Positions 8,397 through 18,395 of a stretch of 64,000 nt of DNA are shown in pieces. Numbering within the stretch: the stretch's first letter is position 1; every line of letters starts with the position of its first letter. Under the pieces are notes generated by a model, which was not told where the DNA came from, searched no databases, and worked only from the letters and a program-made list of their open reading frames with translations. The translations under genes were made by a program, and so were the position numbers. This DNA comes from Verrucomicrobiota bacterium (lineage in GTDB: Bacteria; Verrucomicrobiota; Kiritimatiellia; CAJWTS01), in contig JAQBYD010000007.1 of the NCBI GenBank assembly GCA_027623315.1, positions 13,111 through 77,110 of the forward strand, read 5' to 3'.

Positions 8397-10943
8397 GTGA
8401 GCAACTCCATGAACGCTACGGAATCTCTTCCGATCTGGGATATCGCATCCGACATCACCGGGGCCCTGCGCGACGGAAACCGCCTCATCATCGAGGCGCC
8501 CACGGCTTCGGGGAAGTCGACGCAGGTTCCGCAGATGCTCCTCGATCGTGGCCTCCTCGGCGAGGGACAGGTCATGGTGCTTCAGCCACGCCGCCTCGCC
8601 GCGCGCATGCTGGCCACGTTTGTCGCCCGGCAGCGTGGCGCCAGGCTGGGAGACGAGGTCGGATTTCAGATTCGATTCGAAGATGTCTCCTCGCGCGCGA
8701 CACGCATCAAGTATGTCACCGAGGGGATCCTCCTGCGCCGCATGGTTCGTGACCCCGCTCTAGCAGGAATCTCCGCGATTATCTTTGATGAGTTTCACGA
8801 GCGACATGTCTTCGGTGACGTCACCCTCGCGCAGGCGCTGTGCCTGCAGGAACAAACTCGCCCCGACCTCAAATTGATCGTGATGTCGGCAACCATGCAT
8901 GTCGGCCCTATCCAGGAGTACATGGCGCCATGCCCCGCTCTCAAATCCGAGGGCAGGACGTTCCCCGTGGAACTTGAGTATCTGCCCCGTTCGCCGGGCA
9001 GGGGCGAATCCGTGTGGGAAATTGCCGTCCGCAATATCGACCGCTTGCTCCGCGAGGGGCTAAGCGGGGATATCCTGGTCTTCATGCCCGGGGCCCATGA
9101 GATTCATCGCACCATTCGAGAACTCCAAGGCTGCGCCTCGACCAAAGGCTTGATCATCCTTCCCCTTCACGGCGAACTTGCGCGTGCCGACCAGGATGCC
9201 GCGCTGGCGGGCTACGAGCAGCAGAAGATCATCGTCTCGACGAACGTGGCCGAGACCTCTCTCACGATCCATGGCGTGCGCACGGTTATTGACAGCGGCC
9301 TCGCGCGCGTGGCGAACTATGACCCGCGTCGAGGGATCAATACACTTCTGATCGATCGCATCAGCCGGGCCGCGGCGGACCAGAGAGCCGGCCGCGCAGG
9401 GCGCACGGCCCCCGGGCGCTGCCTTCGCCTCTGGACGCAGCCCGAGCACTCACAGAGACCCCGCGCGGAGACGCCCGAGATTCTACGGCTCGACGTCTCT
9501 GAAATTGCGCTGACCCTGAAGGCGGCGGGGTTAAGCGACCTGGATTCCTTTCGCTGGCTCTCCCCGCCCGACCCCGAAAGCCTGGAACGCTCACTTCAAC
9601 TCCTGACCGACCTGGGGGCTTTGTCGAGCGCGACAGGTGACATCACCCCCCTCGGACACCGAATGCTTGCGTTCCCCGTCCACCCCCGCTACGCCCGCAT
9701 GCTGATCGAAAGCGGCGAGCGCAATTGTGTGAAGGCAATCGCCCTCGTGGCCTCATTGACCCAGGGGCGCGGCCTGCTGCAGCGGCGGCAGGACAAGGAG
9801 GTGAAGCAACGACGAGCTGAATTGTTTGACGATCGATCCGATTCTGATTTCTTTCCGCTCATGCGAGCCTGGAACTTCGCGGCGGAGCATGCGTTCGACC
9901 TGGGGCAGTGTCGCCGCTACGGAATTCACGCCCAGGCGGCAAGGCAGGTCGCCGCCACCTTCGAGTCGTTCCTTAAAACGGCGCAGCGCGAGGGGTTACC
10001 CGTCGATGGTCCCGCCACGCGCGACGAGGATATCCGGAGATGTATCCTGGTGGGCTTCGCAGATCACCTGGGGCGGCGCATGGACGGCGGCACGCTGCGC
10101 TGCGATATCGTTCATGGGCGGCGCGGTGACATTGACCGCGAGAGTGCTGTTCGGGACCACACCCTCGTGGTGGCGTCCGATATCCAGGAGATCGAGGGAC
10201 GCGACCTTAAGGTGATCATGTCCCTCCTCACTGCCGTCGAGGAGGAATGGATCGAGGAACTCTTTCCAGGGGAGATTCAAGAGCGCACCGAAACGGAATA
10301 CGACCCTCGTGCGCGGAGCGTATTGTCTGAACGCCAACGCGTGTTCCGCGGCCTCGTCCTGGAGCGCAAAGCGGCCGATCCCGACACCGACGCGGCCGCG
10401 GCTCTGCTTGCCCGGGAAATGGCGAAAGGAGAACTCCGCCCAAAGTCCTGGTCGCCGGAGATCGATCAGTGGTTCGACCGCGTCGCATTCCTGGCCGAGC
10501 ATTGTCGTGACCTCGGTTTCAGTGAGATCACGGACGACGACAAGCTGCAGATGTTTCAGCAGTTCTGTCACGGATCGACGTCGTACAAGCAGATCAAAGA
10601 CAAACCACTCAAACCCGTCATCGAGTCGTGGCTCAGCAGCCCACTGCGCCCGCTCGTAGAGAAATATGCACCCGCCCAGATCACGTTGCAGGGTGGCAAG
10701 AGAGCCAAGGTGAAGTACACTCGGGGCCAGGCGCCCAGGATCTCAAAGCGAATCCAGGATATCTATGAGCTTCGGGAGTCCCCGCGACTCGCCATGAATC
10801 GAGTGCCGGTCGTGGTCGAGATCCTTGGCCCCAACATGCGTCCCGTCCAGACCACGCAGGACCTCAAAGCGTTCTGGAGCGAGGCCTACCCGAGAATCAA
10901 GCAAGAGCTTCAGCGAAAGTACCCCAAACATGAGTGGCGCTAA
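8397..10943 (+). CDS. hrpB: ATP-dependent RNA helicase HrpB (DEAH box)
   Basis: 848 aa with APTASGKST, DEFHER, SATM, TNVAETSLTI and QRAGRAGR. The long C-terminal extension is typical of HrpB. Confidence 0.9.
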   Translation: MSNSMNATESLPIWDIASDITGALRDGNRLIIEAPTASGKSTQVPQMLLDRGLLGEGQVMVLQPRRLAARMLATFVARQRGARLGDEVGFQIRFEDVSSRATRIKYVTEGILLRRMVRDPALAGISAIIFDEFHERHVFGDVTLAQALCLQEQTRPDLKLIVMSATMHVGPIQEYMAPCPALKSEGRTFPVELEYLPRSPGRGESVWEIAVRNIDRLLREGLSGDILVFMPGAHEIHRTIRELQGCASTKGLIILPLHGELARADQDAALAGYEQQKIIVSTNVAETSLTIHGVRTVIDSGLARVANYDPRRGINTLLIDRISRAAADQRAGRAGRTAPGRCLRLWTQPEHSQRPRAETPEILRLDVSEIALTLKAAGLSDLDSFRWLSPPDPESLERSLQLLTDLGALSSATGDITPLGHRMLAFPVHPRYARMLIESGERNCVKAIALVASLTQGRGLLQRRQDKEVKQRRAELFDDRSDSDFFPLMRAWNFAAEHAFDLGQCRRYGIHAQAARQVAATFESFLKTAQREGLPVDGPATRDEDIRRCILVGFADHLGRRMDGGTLRCDIVHGRRGDIDRESAVRDHTLVVASDIQEIEGRDLKVIMSLLTAVEEEWIEELFPGEIQERTETEYDPRARSVLSERQRVFRGLVLERKAADPDTDAAAALLAREMAKGELRPKSWSPEIDQWFDRVAFLAEHCRDLGFSEITDDDKLQMFQQFCHGSTSYKQIKDKPLKPVIESWLSSPLRPLVEKYAPAQITLQGGKRAKVKYTRGQAPRISKRIQDIYELRESPRLAMNRVPVVVEILGPNMRPVQTTQDLKAFWSEAYPRIKQELQRKYPKHEWR

Positions 10944-11919
10944 CCAAACTCCCAACCCGCTATGCGGCCGCCTGGCCCCCAGTCCGACCGGGGCGCTGCA
11001 CCTGGGTAACGCACGCACGTTTCTCATCACCTGGCTCTCGATTCGTTCGCGCAACGGGAAGCTGATCTACCGCCTCGAAGACCTGGATCACCCCAAGGTC
11101 AAAGCGGGCGCTGCCGAAGAGGCCATGCAAGACCTGAAGTGGCTTGGATTGGACTGGGATGAGGGGCCGGACATAGGTGGCCCGCTGAAACCCTATGTTC
11201 AGTCTGCCAGGATTCCGGCGTATCGTGCTGCGCTGGACCGACTGATCGCCTCGGGACAGGTCTACGCCTGCATCTGTTCACGCCGCGACGTTGAAACGGC
11301 CCAGAGCGCGCCCCAGGATGGCGAGGACGGCCTCTATTATCCCGGGACCTGCCGCGACCGCTTCAAAGACTACCAGCAGGCACAGGCGGCTCTCTCGCCG
11401 GACCGCCTGCCGGCGTGGCGCTTTGCGGCGGGAAGCGAGAGCACCTCGTTCGCTGACGGGTTTCACGGGGCACAGACGTCCGTCGCCAAAGAAGACGTCG
11501 GCGACTTTGCCATCGCACGTCACCCCGACGGTGCGGGCTACATGCTCGGGGTGGTCGTGGATGACGCGGCCATGGGTGTCACGGAGATCCTTCGTGGCGA
11601 CGACCTCTTAGCAACCACGCATCGGCAGATTCTGCTGCAGAGCGCGCTGGGGCTTCCGACCCCCGAATACATCCACGTACCCCTCGTGGTCGGGCCGGAC
11701 GGGCGAAGGCTTGCCAAGCGTCACGGAGACACGCGCATTGCAGAATTCAGGGACCAGGGGATCTCTCCGTCCCGCATCGTGGGACTGCTCGCAAGCTGGT
11801 GTGGCTGGGCGAGCCCCGGTGAAGAACTCATGCCTTCCGACTTGATCCAACGGTTCAGCCTCGACGCCATTCCGCATCATCCGATTGTGCTGCCTGAAGA
11901 TTTGCACCTGGTCTCGTGA
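10930..11919 (+). CDS. gluQ: tRNA glutamyl-Q(34) synthetase (GluQRS)
   Basis: Catalytic-domain-only GluRS paralogue: RLAPSPTGALHLGNARTF and RLAKRHGD, with no anticodon-binding domain. ATG at 10930 overlaps the hrpB stop; the track ORF from 10825 is an out-of-context extension. Confidence 0.85.
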   Translation: MSGANQTPNPLCGRLAPSPTGALHLGNARTFLITWLSIRSRNGKLIYRLEDLDHPKVKAGAAEEAMQDLKWLGLDWDEGPDIGGPLKPYVQSARIPAYRAALDRLIASGQVYACICSRRDVETAQSAPQDGEDGLYYPGTCRDRFKDYQQAQAALSPDRLPAWRFAAGSESTSFADGFHGAQTSVAKEDVGDFAIARHPDGAGYMLGVVVDDAAMGVTEILRGDDLLATTHRQILLQSALGLPTPEYIHVPLVVGPDGRRLAKRHGDTRIAEFRDQGISPSRIVGLLASWCGWASPGEELMPSDLIQRFSLDAIPHHPIVLPEDLHLVS

Positions 11920-11923
11920 CCTT

Positions 11924-12634
11924 TCACGTTCGCTCCCCTGTGAGCACCCCGCCCCACCCCAGTTGGTCCAGGACGGGAAGCATGTCGGGGGCTACCGGCG
12001 CCGTGATAACAAGCGGCTCTTGTGTGACCGGATGCACGAGCGAAAGCCGCCGGGCGTGGAGCAGCATCCGAAAGCATGCGAGCTCCTCCCGGAAGTATCG
12101 GTTGTGCGTCGCGTCTCCGTGTTGCGTGTCGCCGATCACCGGATGAGAAATGTGCTTCATGTGCCGGCGAATCTGATGCATCCGTCCCGTTTCTGGGCGC
12201 ACCTCGAGCAGAGAGTAGCGGACCGTCCGATGCTCGCCGATCGACGCCTCGCGCTCGGCCGTCGCCAGGCGCCGGTAGCGAGTCACGGCCGAACGCGGGC
12301 GATCGCCCGGTTCTTCGACGTAGGCATAGTCAATTTCATCCTCCGGCTCGGTGAATCCGCGCACCACGGCGAGATACTCCTTGGAGACCTCCCTACTCTC
12401 GAATTGCCTCTGCGTTCCAGCGGCAGCTTTCTTGTTCAGGGCGAAGAGAAGAACCCCGGAGGTCGGCCGATCCAGTCGATGAATCAGGTAAACATACTGC
12501 CCCACCTGGTCCCGCACGAGCTGCAGCGCGGCAATCTGATCGGGAGACTTTCGACCACGGTGTACGATCAAGCTCTCGGGCTTATTGATAGCCACGAGGT
12601 GATCATCTCGATAAAGTACTTGAAGCAATCCCAT
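11924..12634 (-). CDS. truC: tRNA pseudouridine synthase C-like (RluA family)
   Basis: 236 aa; VAINKP and HRLDRPTSGVLLFA (catalytic Asp). HQIRRHMKHISHPVIGDTQHGD is collinear with E. coli TruC as I recall it. Confidence 0.8.
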   Translation of the reverse strand: MGLLQVLYRDDHLVAINKPESLIVHRGRKSPDQIAALQLVRDQVGQYVYLIHRLDRPTSGVLLFALNKKAAAGTQRQFESREVSKEYLAVVRGFTEPEDEIDYAYVEEPGDRPRSAVTRYRRLATAEREASIGEHRTVRYSLLEVRPETGRMHQIRRHMKHISHPVIGDTQHGDATHNRYFREELACFRMLLHARRLSLVHPVTQEPLVITAPVAPDMLPVLDQLGWGGVLTGERT

Positions 12635-12907
12635 AGATCACCGGATTGTAATCCGTGTTCGTAGTAGGAGAAGTGGGAGATATCCGGGCTAGATCCACAT
12701 CGCCGCTGGCCGCGGTCATGATCGGAAACCAGGTAACAATCCGATTCACGGTTTTGCTGGAAAGACGAGTCCTACCTCCTGCTGAAGTTCTGTAGTTTAG
12801 GACAGAGTGGACGGGCGGGTCAAGGTTTGCCCCGCAAACCAAAGTTTTCTACCCACCAGAGCCACGAGACCGTAACCTAGGCCCCATTGCGGGCCTAACT
12901 TCTAAAG

Positions 12908-15073
12908 GTGAACACGATCATCGAGAGCAATCCAGATCCCATCCATCTTTCCACAGGCTGGGAGTTCGTCCAACATCGTGCCTCGCAAGCGTGGATGCTC
13001 GGCACCGAGGCCAGCACCGGCACGACCGTGGACCTACCGCACTGCTGGAACTGCAACGACACCTTTCAGGATGGCACAGAGTACTACCGCGGACCCGGTT
13101 GTTACCGCAGAACCTTTGACGTGTCACCCGAGTGCCTGCACGCCCCGGAAACGACGTGGCGGATCGAGATCGAACGGTTCTATGGAACCGGCGAACTCTG
13201 GGTCAACGGGACGAGGAGCAGCAATATCGACGGACAGTATCTCGGCGTATCGATCGACATCACACCGGCGCTTCGTGTCGGCCGTAACGTCGTGGCTGTC
13301 TCCCTGACGAATCGGTGTGGCCCCGACGTTCTGCCGGGCACGGACAGCCCGGACTTCGTCTTGTATGGCGGGCTGGCCGGCCGCGCAACCCTTCGAGCTC
13401 GCAGCACCTTGCATATCATCCCCGGAACCGTGCGCATAGACTGCTCAGATCCACGGGCGGCTCACATCGAGTGCCAGGTCGGCAATGACTCCGATCGCGA
13501 TCGCGCGGCTTGCATGCGGTGGGAGCTGCGAGACGTCTCGGGTACGGTCCTTGGGATGACGGCTCAACCCGCGTCAATGCCACCAAATGGTCAGACGACG
13601 GTCTGCGCAGAGTGCAGCCTTGAGGCGCCCCTGGAACCATGGTCGCCCGATGGACCGGTCCTATACCGTGCCACGGGCACGCTGCTGCAGGATGATCACT
13701 CTCTCGACACGGTTGATATCCAATTTGGATCCCGATCGATCGAATTCGGACCGCATGGGTTCTTCCTGAACGGCGAGCGCCTCGAGTTGCGCGGCGCGAA
13801 CCGCCACGAGAGTATGCCCGGCTTCGGAAACGCCATACCGCGAGAACTCCATTACCACGATGCGCGCTTGTTGAAGGAGGCGGGCTTCAACTTCGTCCGA
13901 CTGTCGCACTACCCGCAACACCCCCACTTCCTCGATGCATGTGACGAGATGGGGATCCTGGTTTACGCGGAACTGGCAAGCTGGAAAAGCGTACGCACGG
14001 GACGCTGGTTGGAAAACGCGTGCCGCCAAATGGAGCAACTCGTTCGCAGAGACAGAAATCGCCCCTCGGTGATTCTCTGGGGTCTTGGAAACGAGGAGCG
14101 TGTGCGCGGTGCCTATGAACGTCTCGACGCACTCGTGAAGGAACTCGATCCATCTCGCTCTACGATTTACGCCGAGAACCATCTTCACCGTGCGAAGCGG
14201 CGCAAAACCACCGGACTGACCGATGTCTGGGGCTGCAACTATGAACTTAATCTCCTCGCCGACCTTGGGCAGCACGCCAGAAGCGGCGCCGTCGTGGTCA
14301 GCGAGGCTGCGTGTTACCCGCTGGCCGAACGCGGAGATCTCGAGCAAGAACGCTTCCAGATCGAGATGCTTGAGCAGGACCTGGAAAAACTGGATGGCAT
14401 GGCGCACGTCACGGGAGTTGCAGTATGGAGCCTTCTCGATTACGCCACGTCACGCAAGGGCCGGTATCGCTTTCTGTCCGGCCTGGTGGACGCATGGCGT
14501 GTGCCCAAGGCCTCGTACTACTACATGCAGGCCCGCAACCTGGGCACGACCTGCCTGAGACTCTTCGGGGATTGGTCGGAGTGCACCGAATCCCCGACCC
14601 GGGAGATCCTGGTGATCACCAACTGTGCGCGTGTCGTGCTGGAATGTGAAGGTACGGAAATCGCCGCCTTGAGCGGCGGCTGCGCCATGGTTGCGTCACT
14701 CGAGTTCAGTCCATGCGTCTTGACCGCATACGGCGAGAGAGAGTCCGAACGAATCCGCGCCGATCTGCCGTCCTGGGGCCCGGCGCACCGGCTTCGCCTG
14801 GTTGCTGAGGACGCTCTTCCGAGCGGCGAGACAGCGATCTATCGCGTCGAGGTAGTAGATGCGAAGGACATCGCGTGTCAGAACTGGCACGGCGCCGTCC
14901 ATGTGAGATCGCCCGGTGACGCCAGAGTCATGACCCCCACCCTCGACAACACGATTTCCGTTCGAAGCGGAGTGGGACGGATCTTTGTGCGTTCCGCCAG
15001 ACCGGGATCGGAGAGCATCATCCGTGTCGATGCGCCAGGGCTCGAGCCGGGTGAGATGATCGTCCGACTTTAA
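12908..15073 (+). CDS. glycoside hydrolase family 2 protein (beta-galactosidase/beta-glucuronidase-like)
   Basis: 721 aa with a GTG start. N-terminal sugar-binding-domain motifs, NRHES, SHYPQHPHFLDACDEMG and WGLGNEE (acid/base Glu region). Confidence 0.85.
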   Translation: MNTIIESNPDPIHLSTGWEFVQHRASQAWMLGTEASTGTTVDLPHCWNCNDTFQDGTEYYRGPGCYRRTFDVSPECLHAPETTWRIEIERFYGTGELWVNGTRSSNIDGQYLGVSIDITPALRVGRNVVAVSLTNRCGPDVLPGTDSPDFVLYGGLAGRATLRARSTLHIIPGTVRIDCSDPRAAHIECQVGNDSDRDRAACMRWELRDVSGTVLGMTAQPASMPPNGQTTVCAECSLEAPLEPWSPDGPVLYRATGTLLQDDHSLDTVDIQFGSRSIEFGPHGFFLNGERLELRGANRHESMPGFGNAIPRELHYHDARLLKEAGFNFVRLSHYPQHPHFLDACDEMGILVYAELASWKSVRTGRWLENACRQMEQLVRRDRNRPSVILWGLGNEERVRGAYERLDALVKELDPSRSTIYAENHLHRAKRRKTTGLTDVWGCNYELNLLADLGQHARSGAVVVSEAACYPLAERGDLEQERFQIEMLEQDLEKLDGMAHVTGVAVWSLLDYATSRKGRYRFLSGLVDAWRVPKASYYYMQARNLGTTCLRLFGDWSECTESPTREILVITNCARVVLECEGTEIAALSGGCAMVASLEFSPCVLTAYGERESERIRADLPSWGPAHRLRLVAEDALPSGETAIYRVEVVDAKDIACQNWHGAVHVRSPGDARVMTPTLDNTISVRSGVGRIFVRSARPGSESIIRVDAPGLEPGEMIVRL

Positions 15074-15093
15074 GTTGACGGAGTCCAACCTTC

Positions 15094-15158
15094 CGCGTGG
15101 CACGACCGTCCCGGTCGTGGTCCCGGTCGTAGGTGCACGAGCGGGACGCTCGTCCCAC
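15094..15158. repeat. REP-like palindromic repeat, copy 1
   Basis: CGCGTGGCACGACCGTCCCGGTCGTGGTCCCGGTCGTAGGTGCACGAGCGGGACGCTCGTCCCAC. It contains hairpins CACGACCG-TCC-CGGTCGTG and ACGAGCG-GGA-CGCTCGT, and repeats almost exactly 85 bp downstream. Confidence 0.7.
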
Positions 15159-15178
15159 TCTCGTTCCATCTCTCTCTC

Positions 15179-15244
15179 CGCCGTGGCACGACCGTCCCGG
15201 TCGTGGTCCCGGTCGTGAGAGCACGAGCGGGACGCTCGTCCCAC
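15179..15244. repeat. REP-like palindromic repeat, copy 2
   Basis: Same ~65-bp unit as 15094-15158, differing only in the 5-nt linker between the two hairpins. It ends 2 nt before the RAYT stop codon. Confidence 0.7.
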
Positions 15245-15245
15245 G

Positions 15246-15839
15246 TTATCTCCCCGACTCCCGCTTCTCCCGAGGCAGTAGATTGTTTCGAACGTATCGT
15301 TCCGTCCGGAGGAGTTCCGGAGAGTCTCGAATCAAGCGATCATGACTCTCTTTCTGCCATACAGGGCCCGTCCTATTCATGTGCTTATTGATCTCCTTCG
15401 CCGTAAAGGACTTCCAACTGTGAAGTATCTCCTCGAGTTCGAATCCGTGCAGAGGACGCACGATGACGTGTGTATGATTTGGCAAAACTGCGATCTCTCC
15501 AAGTTCGTAGCGTTCGCTTTCAAAATGACTGTAGGCGCCCAAGACGAGATCCCGCATCTCTCGATGTCTCATCCAGCACTCACCATGGCCCTGGTCCAGG
15601 TAGTGCTTCATCCGGCGATAGTATTCACGATCCGCATCCAAGAATGCATCATCCTTCCCCTGCGCCTGAAGAAGCGTCTTACGCAATAGATCCAACTGTT
15701 GTACGAGGTTCTCGGAGAGACTGTCGTGCAGACGTGATGTCACGAAATACGTCGCGCCATCCTGTCGCCAATGCGGAAGGTCTCGACGATAGATGCGAAC
15801 AGGACGAGTCGAGTCGTGGGGACTAAATTGAATGGACAC
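15246..15839 (-). CDS. REP-associated tyrosine transposase (RAYT; IS200/Y1 HUH transposase-like)
   Basis: RRDLPHWRQDGATYFVTSRL, HUH motif LPNHTHVIV, and WQKESHDRLIRD...RYVRNN. The track ORF runs to 15989 but has no ATG near the conserved core; an in-frame GTG at 15839 lies just inside the third REP copy. The start is uncertain. Confidence 0.75.
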   Translation of the reverse strand: MSIQFSPHDSTRPVRIYRRDLPHWRQDGATYFVTSRLHDSLSENLVQQLDLLRKTLLQAQGKDDAFLDADREYYRRMKHYLDQGHGECWMRHREMRDLVLGAYSHFESERYELGEIAVLPNHTHVIVRPLHGFELEEILHSWKSFTAKEINKHMNRTGPVWQKESHDRLIRDSPELLRTERYVRNNLLPREKRESGR

Positions 15840-15847
15840 AAGGAACT

Positions 15848-15875
15848 CCGCGTGGCACGACCGTCCCGGTCGTGG
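15848..15875. repeat. REP-like palindromic repeat, partial copy 3
   Basis: CCGCGTGGCACGACCGTCCCGGTCGTGG is identical to the first hairpin module of copies 1 and 2. It lies on the other side of the RAYT gene. Confidence 0.65.
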
Positions 15876-15979
15876 GTGGGTCGAACGCCGCGGCGGAATC
15901 CACTCGACACACCGAGCGCGAGGACTTTGCACGCTTCCTGGTAGCGCTTTTTCGATGCCGCGAATCGCATAACGGAGCA

Positions 15980-16912
15980 CTAGTCGCAACTAACCATCCC
16001 CGCAAGCTCCTCGCCGCGGTGCGTAATGTCATCCTCAGACAGCGACTTGAAGCGCTCGAGGCCGAAGGCCTGCACTCCGAACGACGCGACGGTGCTACCG
16101 TAGAGCATGGCCTGGCGCAGAACACCCCCGTCGACGTCTCCGTCGCGGGCTACCGAACCCATGAAGGCGCCTGCGAAGGAGTCCCCGGCACCTGTTGGAT
16201 CGACGACATTTGCAAGAGGATATGCCGGAGTGATGACGATGCCGTCCCCCGTGAAGAGAATCGCACCGTGTTCGCCCTTCTTGATGATGACACTGCCCGG
16301 GCCCATCGCGAGAATCTTCTCAGCCGCCTGGACCACATTCCCTGTGCCGGTAAGCAGACGTGCCTCCGAGTCGTTGAGCGTGAGTATATCGACGCGCTCG
16401 ATCACCTTCTGCAGGTCATCGCGAGTATTGTTGATCCACAGATCCATCGTGTCCGCCATTACCAATCGAGGCTGCTTTACCTGGTCCAACACATGCAGTT
16501 GAAGATTCGGCGAGATGTTCCCCAACAGAACGAATTCCGCGGACCGGTAGGCATCGGGCAATTCCGGAGAGAAGTCGGCAAACACGTTCAGATCCGTCGA
16601 CAGCGTGCGTCGGCTGTTCATGTCCTCTTCGTACACCCCGGACCACCGGAACGTCTCCCCGTCCACCCTTTGCAGCCCGTCCATGTCGATTCCGAATCGA
16701 TGAAACAGGGCGGTGTATTCATCTGGGAAGTCACTCCCGACAACCCCAACCATGCCGGTGCCCGTGAAAAACGACGCGGCGGCGCAGGCGTAACTGACCG
16801 ATCCGCCCAGGATCGAATTCTGTTTCTCCACCGGGGTCTCGATCGTGTCGATTCCTATGGATCCGACAATTACGAGTTCCGGTGTTCCCGGGTTGGACGC
16901 TTCGTCGGCCAT
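15980..16912 (-). CDS. PfkB family carbohydrate kinase
   Basis: ATG at 16912 gives MADEASNPGTPELVIVGSIGIDT. GGSVSYA and DPTGAGDSFAGAF (PfkB signature 2) are present. The track ORF to 17170 overlaps aroQ and is an artefactual extension. Confidence 0.85.
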   Translation of the reverse strand: MADEASNPGTPELVIVGSIGIDTIETPVEKQNSILGGSVSYACAAASFFTGTGMVGVVGSDFPDEYTALFHRFGIDMDGLQRVDGETFRWSGVYEEDMNSRRTLSTDLNVFADFSPELPDAYRSAEFVLLGNISPNLQLHVLDQVKQPRLVMADTMDLWINNTRDDLQKVIERVDILTLNDSEARLLTGTGNVVQAAEKILAMGPGSVIIKKGEHGAILFTGDGIVITPAYPLANVVDPTGAGDSFAGAFMGSVARDGDVDGGVLRQAMLYGSTVASFGVQAFGLERFKSLSEDDITHRGEELAGMVSCD

Positions 16913-16914
16913 GC

Positions 16915-17355
16915 TTAGCGATCCTTGGCCAGGTGCCCGACCAGTGCTTCGAGGGCCAGCACGTATCCTGCCCCGCCGAAACCACAGATCTGCCCCACGG
17001 CCACGGGGGCGACAAAATTCTGGCTCCTGAAATCTTCGCGAGCGTGAATGTTGGACAGGTGGACCTCCACGCATGGGACACCGCTGGCGAGGATGGCGTC
17101 CCGCAAGGCCACGCTGGTATGGGTGTACGCTCCGGCGTTCAAGATGATACCATCCGCATCCCCCGCGCATGACTGGATCCTCGAGACAAGATCGCCCTCG
17201 CTATTGCTCTGGAAATCTTCGATTTCCACCCCGAGTTCCGTAGCACGATCGCGGGTCGCCACCACGATCTCCTCAAGGGTAACGGCACCGTAGATCTCGG
17301 GTTGCCGCTGTCCCAGCATGTTCAGATTCGGACCGTTGATGACGCATATCTTCAT
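16915..17355 (-). CDS. aroQ: type II 3-dehydroquinate dehydratase
   Basis: [23 protein letters not shown] and HLSNIHARE; 146 aa. Confidence 0.92.
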   Translation of the reverse strand: MKICVINGPNLNMLGQRQPEIYGAVTLEEIVVATRDRATELGVEIEDFQSNSEGDLVSRIQSCAGDADGIILNAGAYTHTSVALRDAILASGVPCVEVHLSNIHAREDFRSQNFVAPVAVGQICGFGGAGYVLALEALVGHLAKDR

Positions 17356-17388
17356 GGGTCAGGATTATCGTGTCTGGCACGACGGCGG

Positions 17389-18351
17389 TCAATCGAGAAA
17401 GGCAGTGCGCAATACGGCTGTCTCGGGAAGATTACCATCGAGAAGCGATTCCATGCGCCCGACGGCCTGGACTCGCTGCATGGCCTTGCGATAGGAGACA
17501 TGACCTGCCTGCCGCGCCGTGTCCTCGCGCCAGTCCTGAAAATGAAGCGTCTCCCGGGGTGCGTCGCACACGTGAAGAAGGACATCTCGCTGCCAAAGCA
17601 GAATGCTCTGCAGCACCGCCGTACGCGAAGCCTTGTAGCGTACCTCTATTCTTGCCGCCACGGTATCCTTGTCCTCGTCACGCGCCTCCTCCTGCACGGT
17701 CTCCCGCACCTCTCCTTCCACCGAGTCACGTATGATCTCCAGCAGCGCAAGCACGCGCGAGCCCAGCGCGGCGCGCGAGGTCTCTGATGCGCCCGCCGCG
17801 CGCGCCAGCATATTCAGGAGTGGGGTCCGCCACTCCTCCGGCAGCGCGTTCGCATCATTCGATAACACGATCCGCTGGCAGCGGGATACGACCGTGCCGG
17901 GCAACGCCTGGGCGTTCCGGGCCAGGAGGAGAAACAGACATTGGCCCGGCGGCTCCTCGAGCGTCTTCAAGAAGGCGTTCGCCGCCTCTACGCCGATTCG
18001 ATCCGCGTCGACGAGGACCCCGACCTTCCATCCGCCCGCGAACGAGGTCTGGTAGACCGTCTCCTCAAGCGCACGAATCTGCTCGATCACTATGCGTCGC
18101 GACTTCTTCTGCGGTTCAATCCATTGGATGTCCGGGTGCGTATGGCGCGTCACAAAGTTGCATGACTGGCAAGCTCCACAGGCCTCCGCCCCGCCTTCGC
18201 AATAAAGGGATCGGAGTAACTGCTCTGCAAATTCAAGCGCGTCACCTTGCGGCGAACCGATAACCAGGTACGCCTGCGCCAATCGACCGCACTCAAGGGT
18301 TGACCGTACGCTCGCAAGCGCGTCTTGAAATCTCTCAGTCTCAACGGGCAT
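17389..18351 (-). CDS. holB: DNA polymerase III subunit delta prime
   Basis: AYLVIGSPQG, CGACQSC zinc module and FLKTLEEPP; 320 aa. It lies upstream of tmk, as in many bacteria. Confidence 0.8.
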   Translation of the reverse strand: MPVETERFQDALASVRSTLECGRLAQAYLVIGSPQGDALEFAEQLLRSLYCEGGAEACGACQSCNFVTRHTHPDIQWIEPQKKSRRIVIEQIRALEETVYQTSFAGGWKVGVLVDADRIGVEAANAFLKTLEEPPGQCLFLLLARNAQALPGTVVSRCQRIVLSNDANALPEEWRTPLLNMLARAAGASETSRAALGSRVLALLEIIRDSVEGEVRETVQEEARDEDKDTVAARIEVRYKASRTAVLQSILLWQRDVLLHVCDAPRETLHFQDWREDTARQAGHVSYRKAMQRVQAVGRMESLLDGNLPETAVLRTAFLD

Positions 18352-18395
18352 GTCTGGGAGTTGCCTGTCGCTCTATCGGTTAGCTAAGCTTCGGT

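Noticed and set aside
12635-12907. 273-nt intergenic region upstream of the GH2 gene with small hairpins (GGTTTGC-CCC-GCAAACC, TAGGCCC-CATTGC-GGGCCTA), considered as a riboswitch, tRNA or SRP RNA
   Set aside because: No T-loop or anticodon architecture and no motif of any riboswitch or 4.5S RNA that I can recognise. It is most simply a divergent promoter/5' UTR region.
15094-15244. Direct repeats that could be mistaken for a minimal CRISPR array
   Set aside because: There are only two full units, the units are themselves hairpin-forming, a third partial copy lies on the other side of a RAYT gene, and no cas genes are present. This is the REP/RAYT pattern.
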